A DNA stretch of 24,000 bases, from assembly GCA_964452285.1 (NCBI GenBank), contig CAYVKW010000006.1, forward strand, positions 7,960-31,959. The letters run 5' to 3'. Position 1 is the stretch's first letter, and the number at the start of each line of letters is the position of its first letter. Source of the stretch: an uncultured Pseudomonadales bacterium (GTDB taxonomy: Bacteria; Patescibacteriota; Microgenomatia; UBA1400; PJMF01). Positions 23,694 to 24,000 of this stretch are shown here, one piece after another. Under the pieces are notes generated by a model that did no database searches, was not told the origin of the DNA, and saw only the letters and a list, made by a program, of their open reading frames with translations. The translations under genes and the position numbers were made by a program.

Positions 23694-24000
23694 ATGTCAA
23701 TCTTAGCTTTGTTAATCGTGGCTTCCTTGGGTGGATTATCTCTAGCAGCGTTCAACTTCTTTCAAGTAAAAAAAACTGAAAGAAGGAACGGTGGAAATGC
23801 AAAAAGTGGCGGCGGCAATTAGACTCGGAGCAAAAACTTTTATCAACTATGAGTACAAAGTTTTGCTATGGGTACTACTAATTGTGGCGCTGGCGCTAAC
23901 TTGGTTGGTTTCTTGGTATACAGCGGTGGCAATGTTAATTGGCGCTCTAATGAGCGCACTCGCTGGATGGATAGGTATGAAAATGGCAACCTATGCCAAT
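23694..24000 (+). pseudogene. hppA: Membrane-bound proton/sodium-translocating pyrophosphatase, 3' partial, with an apparent 1-nt insertion in an A8 run near the 5' end
   Basis: ATG 23694 with SD AGGAGG gives MSILALLIVASLGGLSLAAFNFFQVKK and then hits TAG at 23818. The conserved continuation EGTVEMQKVAAAIRLGAKTFINYEYK...GALMSALAGWIGMKMATYAN is in the +1 frame from 23776 to the window end. It matches the N-terminus of Thermotoga PPase as remembered. A7 instead of A8 at 23768-23775 joins the two parts. Confidence 0.85.

Noticed and set aside
1-24000. CRISPR arrays, transposases/integrases/IS ends, rRNA genes, toxin-antitoxin pairs, known defence-system signatures and alternative genetic code
   Set aside because: No spaced direct-repeat array, recombinase motifs or terminal inverted repeats were seen. 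The helicase is truncated and has no nuclease or methylase partner inside the window, so no defence-system call is justified. TGA terminates ugd and the restored ogt, and Trp is encoded by TGG, so there is no sign of UGA reassignment.

Overview
AT-rich bacterial chromosomal window using the standard genetic code (TGA and TAA both act as stops). I call 22 protein genes and one tRNA. There is no CRISPR array, rRNA, transposase or integrase. (1) nt 1-6565, + strand: a 5'-truncated SF2 helicase, then a 979-codon ORF that joins an unusual ~520-aa N-terminal region to a complete glutamate decarboxylase, then a GadC-type glutamate/GABA antiporter and a small sensor-less histidine kinase. (2) nt 6570-9564: tRNA-Thr(CGU), a frameshifted ogt, an acyltransferase-3 membrane protein, and three small minus-strand genes (helical-repeat protein, zinc-ribbon protein, single-domain EamA transporter). 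(3) nt 9744-19343: a tightly packed 8-gene envelope glycosylation operon (ugd, rmd-like, gmd, two polyprenyl-phosphate GT2 synthases, three GT-C membrane glycosyltransferases). (4) nt 19356-24000: cca, orphan parB, lepB, an Ig-like membrane-anchored protein and the 5' end of hppA. The gene content and compact layout suggest a small-genome bacterium, possibly Patescibacteria/CPR-like; this is inference only. The most interesting item is the gad locus. The decarboxylase is preceded, apparently in one ORF, by a region that looks like a DUF1704/MATCAP-type carboxypeptidase with its HExxH motif mutated away. The main caveat is that three gene junctions or bodies (gad junction, ogt, hppA) each sit one adenine away from a different reading-frame outcome at a poly-A run. 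The fusion may therefore be real or may be a homopolymer artefact. Other observations: perfect stop-codon hairpins without U-tracts, a 16-codon mini-ORF over one of them, -10 boxes 7-8 nt from ATGs (leaderless candidates), a palindromic divergent promoter, a tRNA with C at position 55, and a ~60-aa insertion in the CCA enzyme head domain. All family assignments come from motif recognition by eye; no searches were run.
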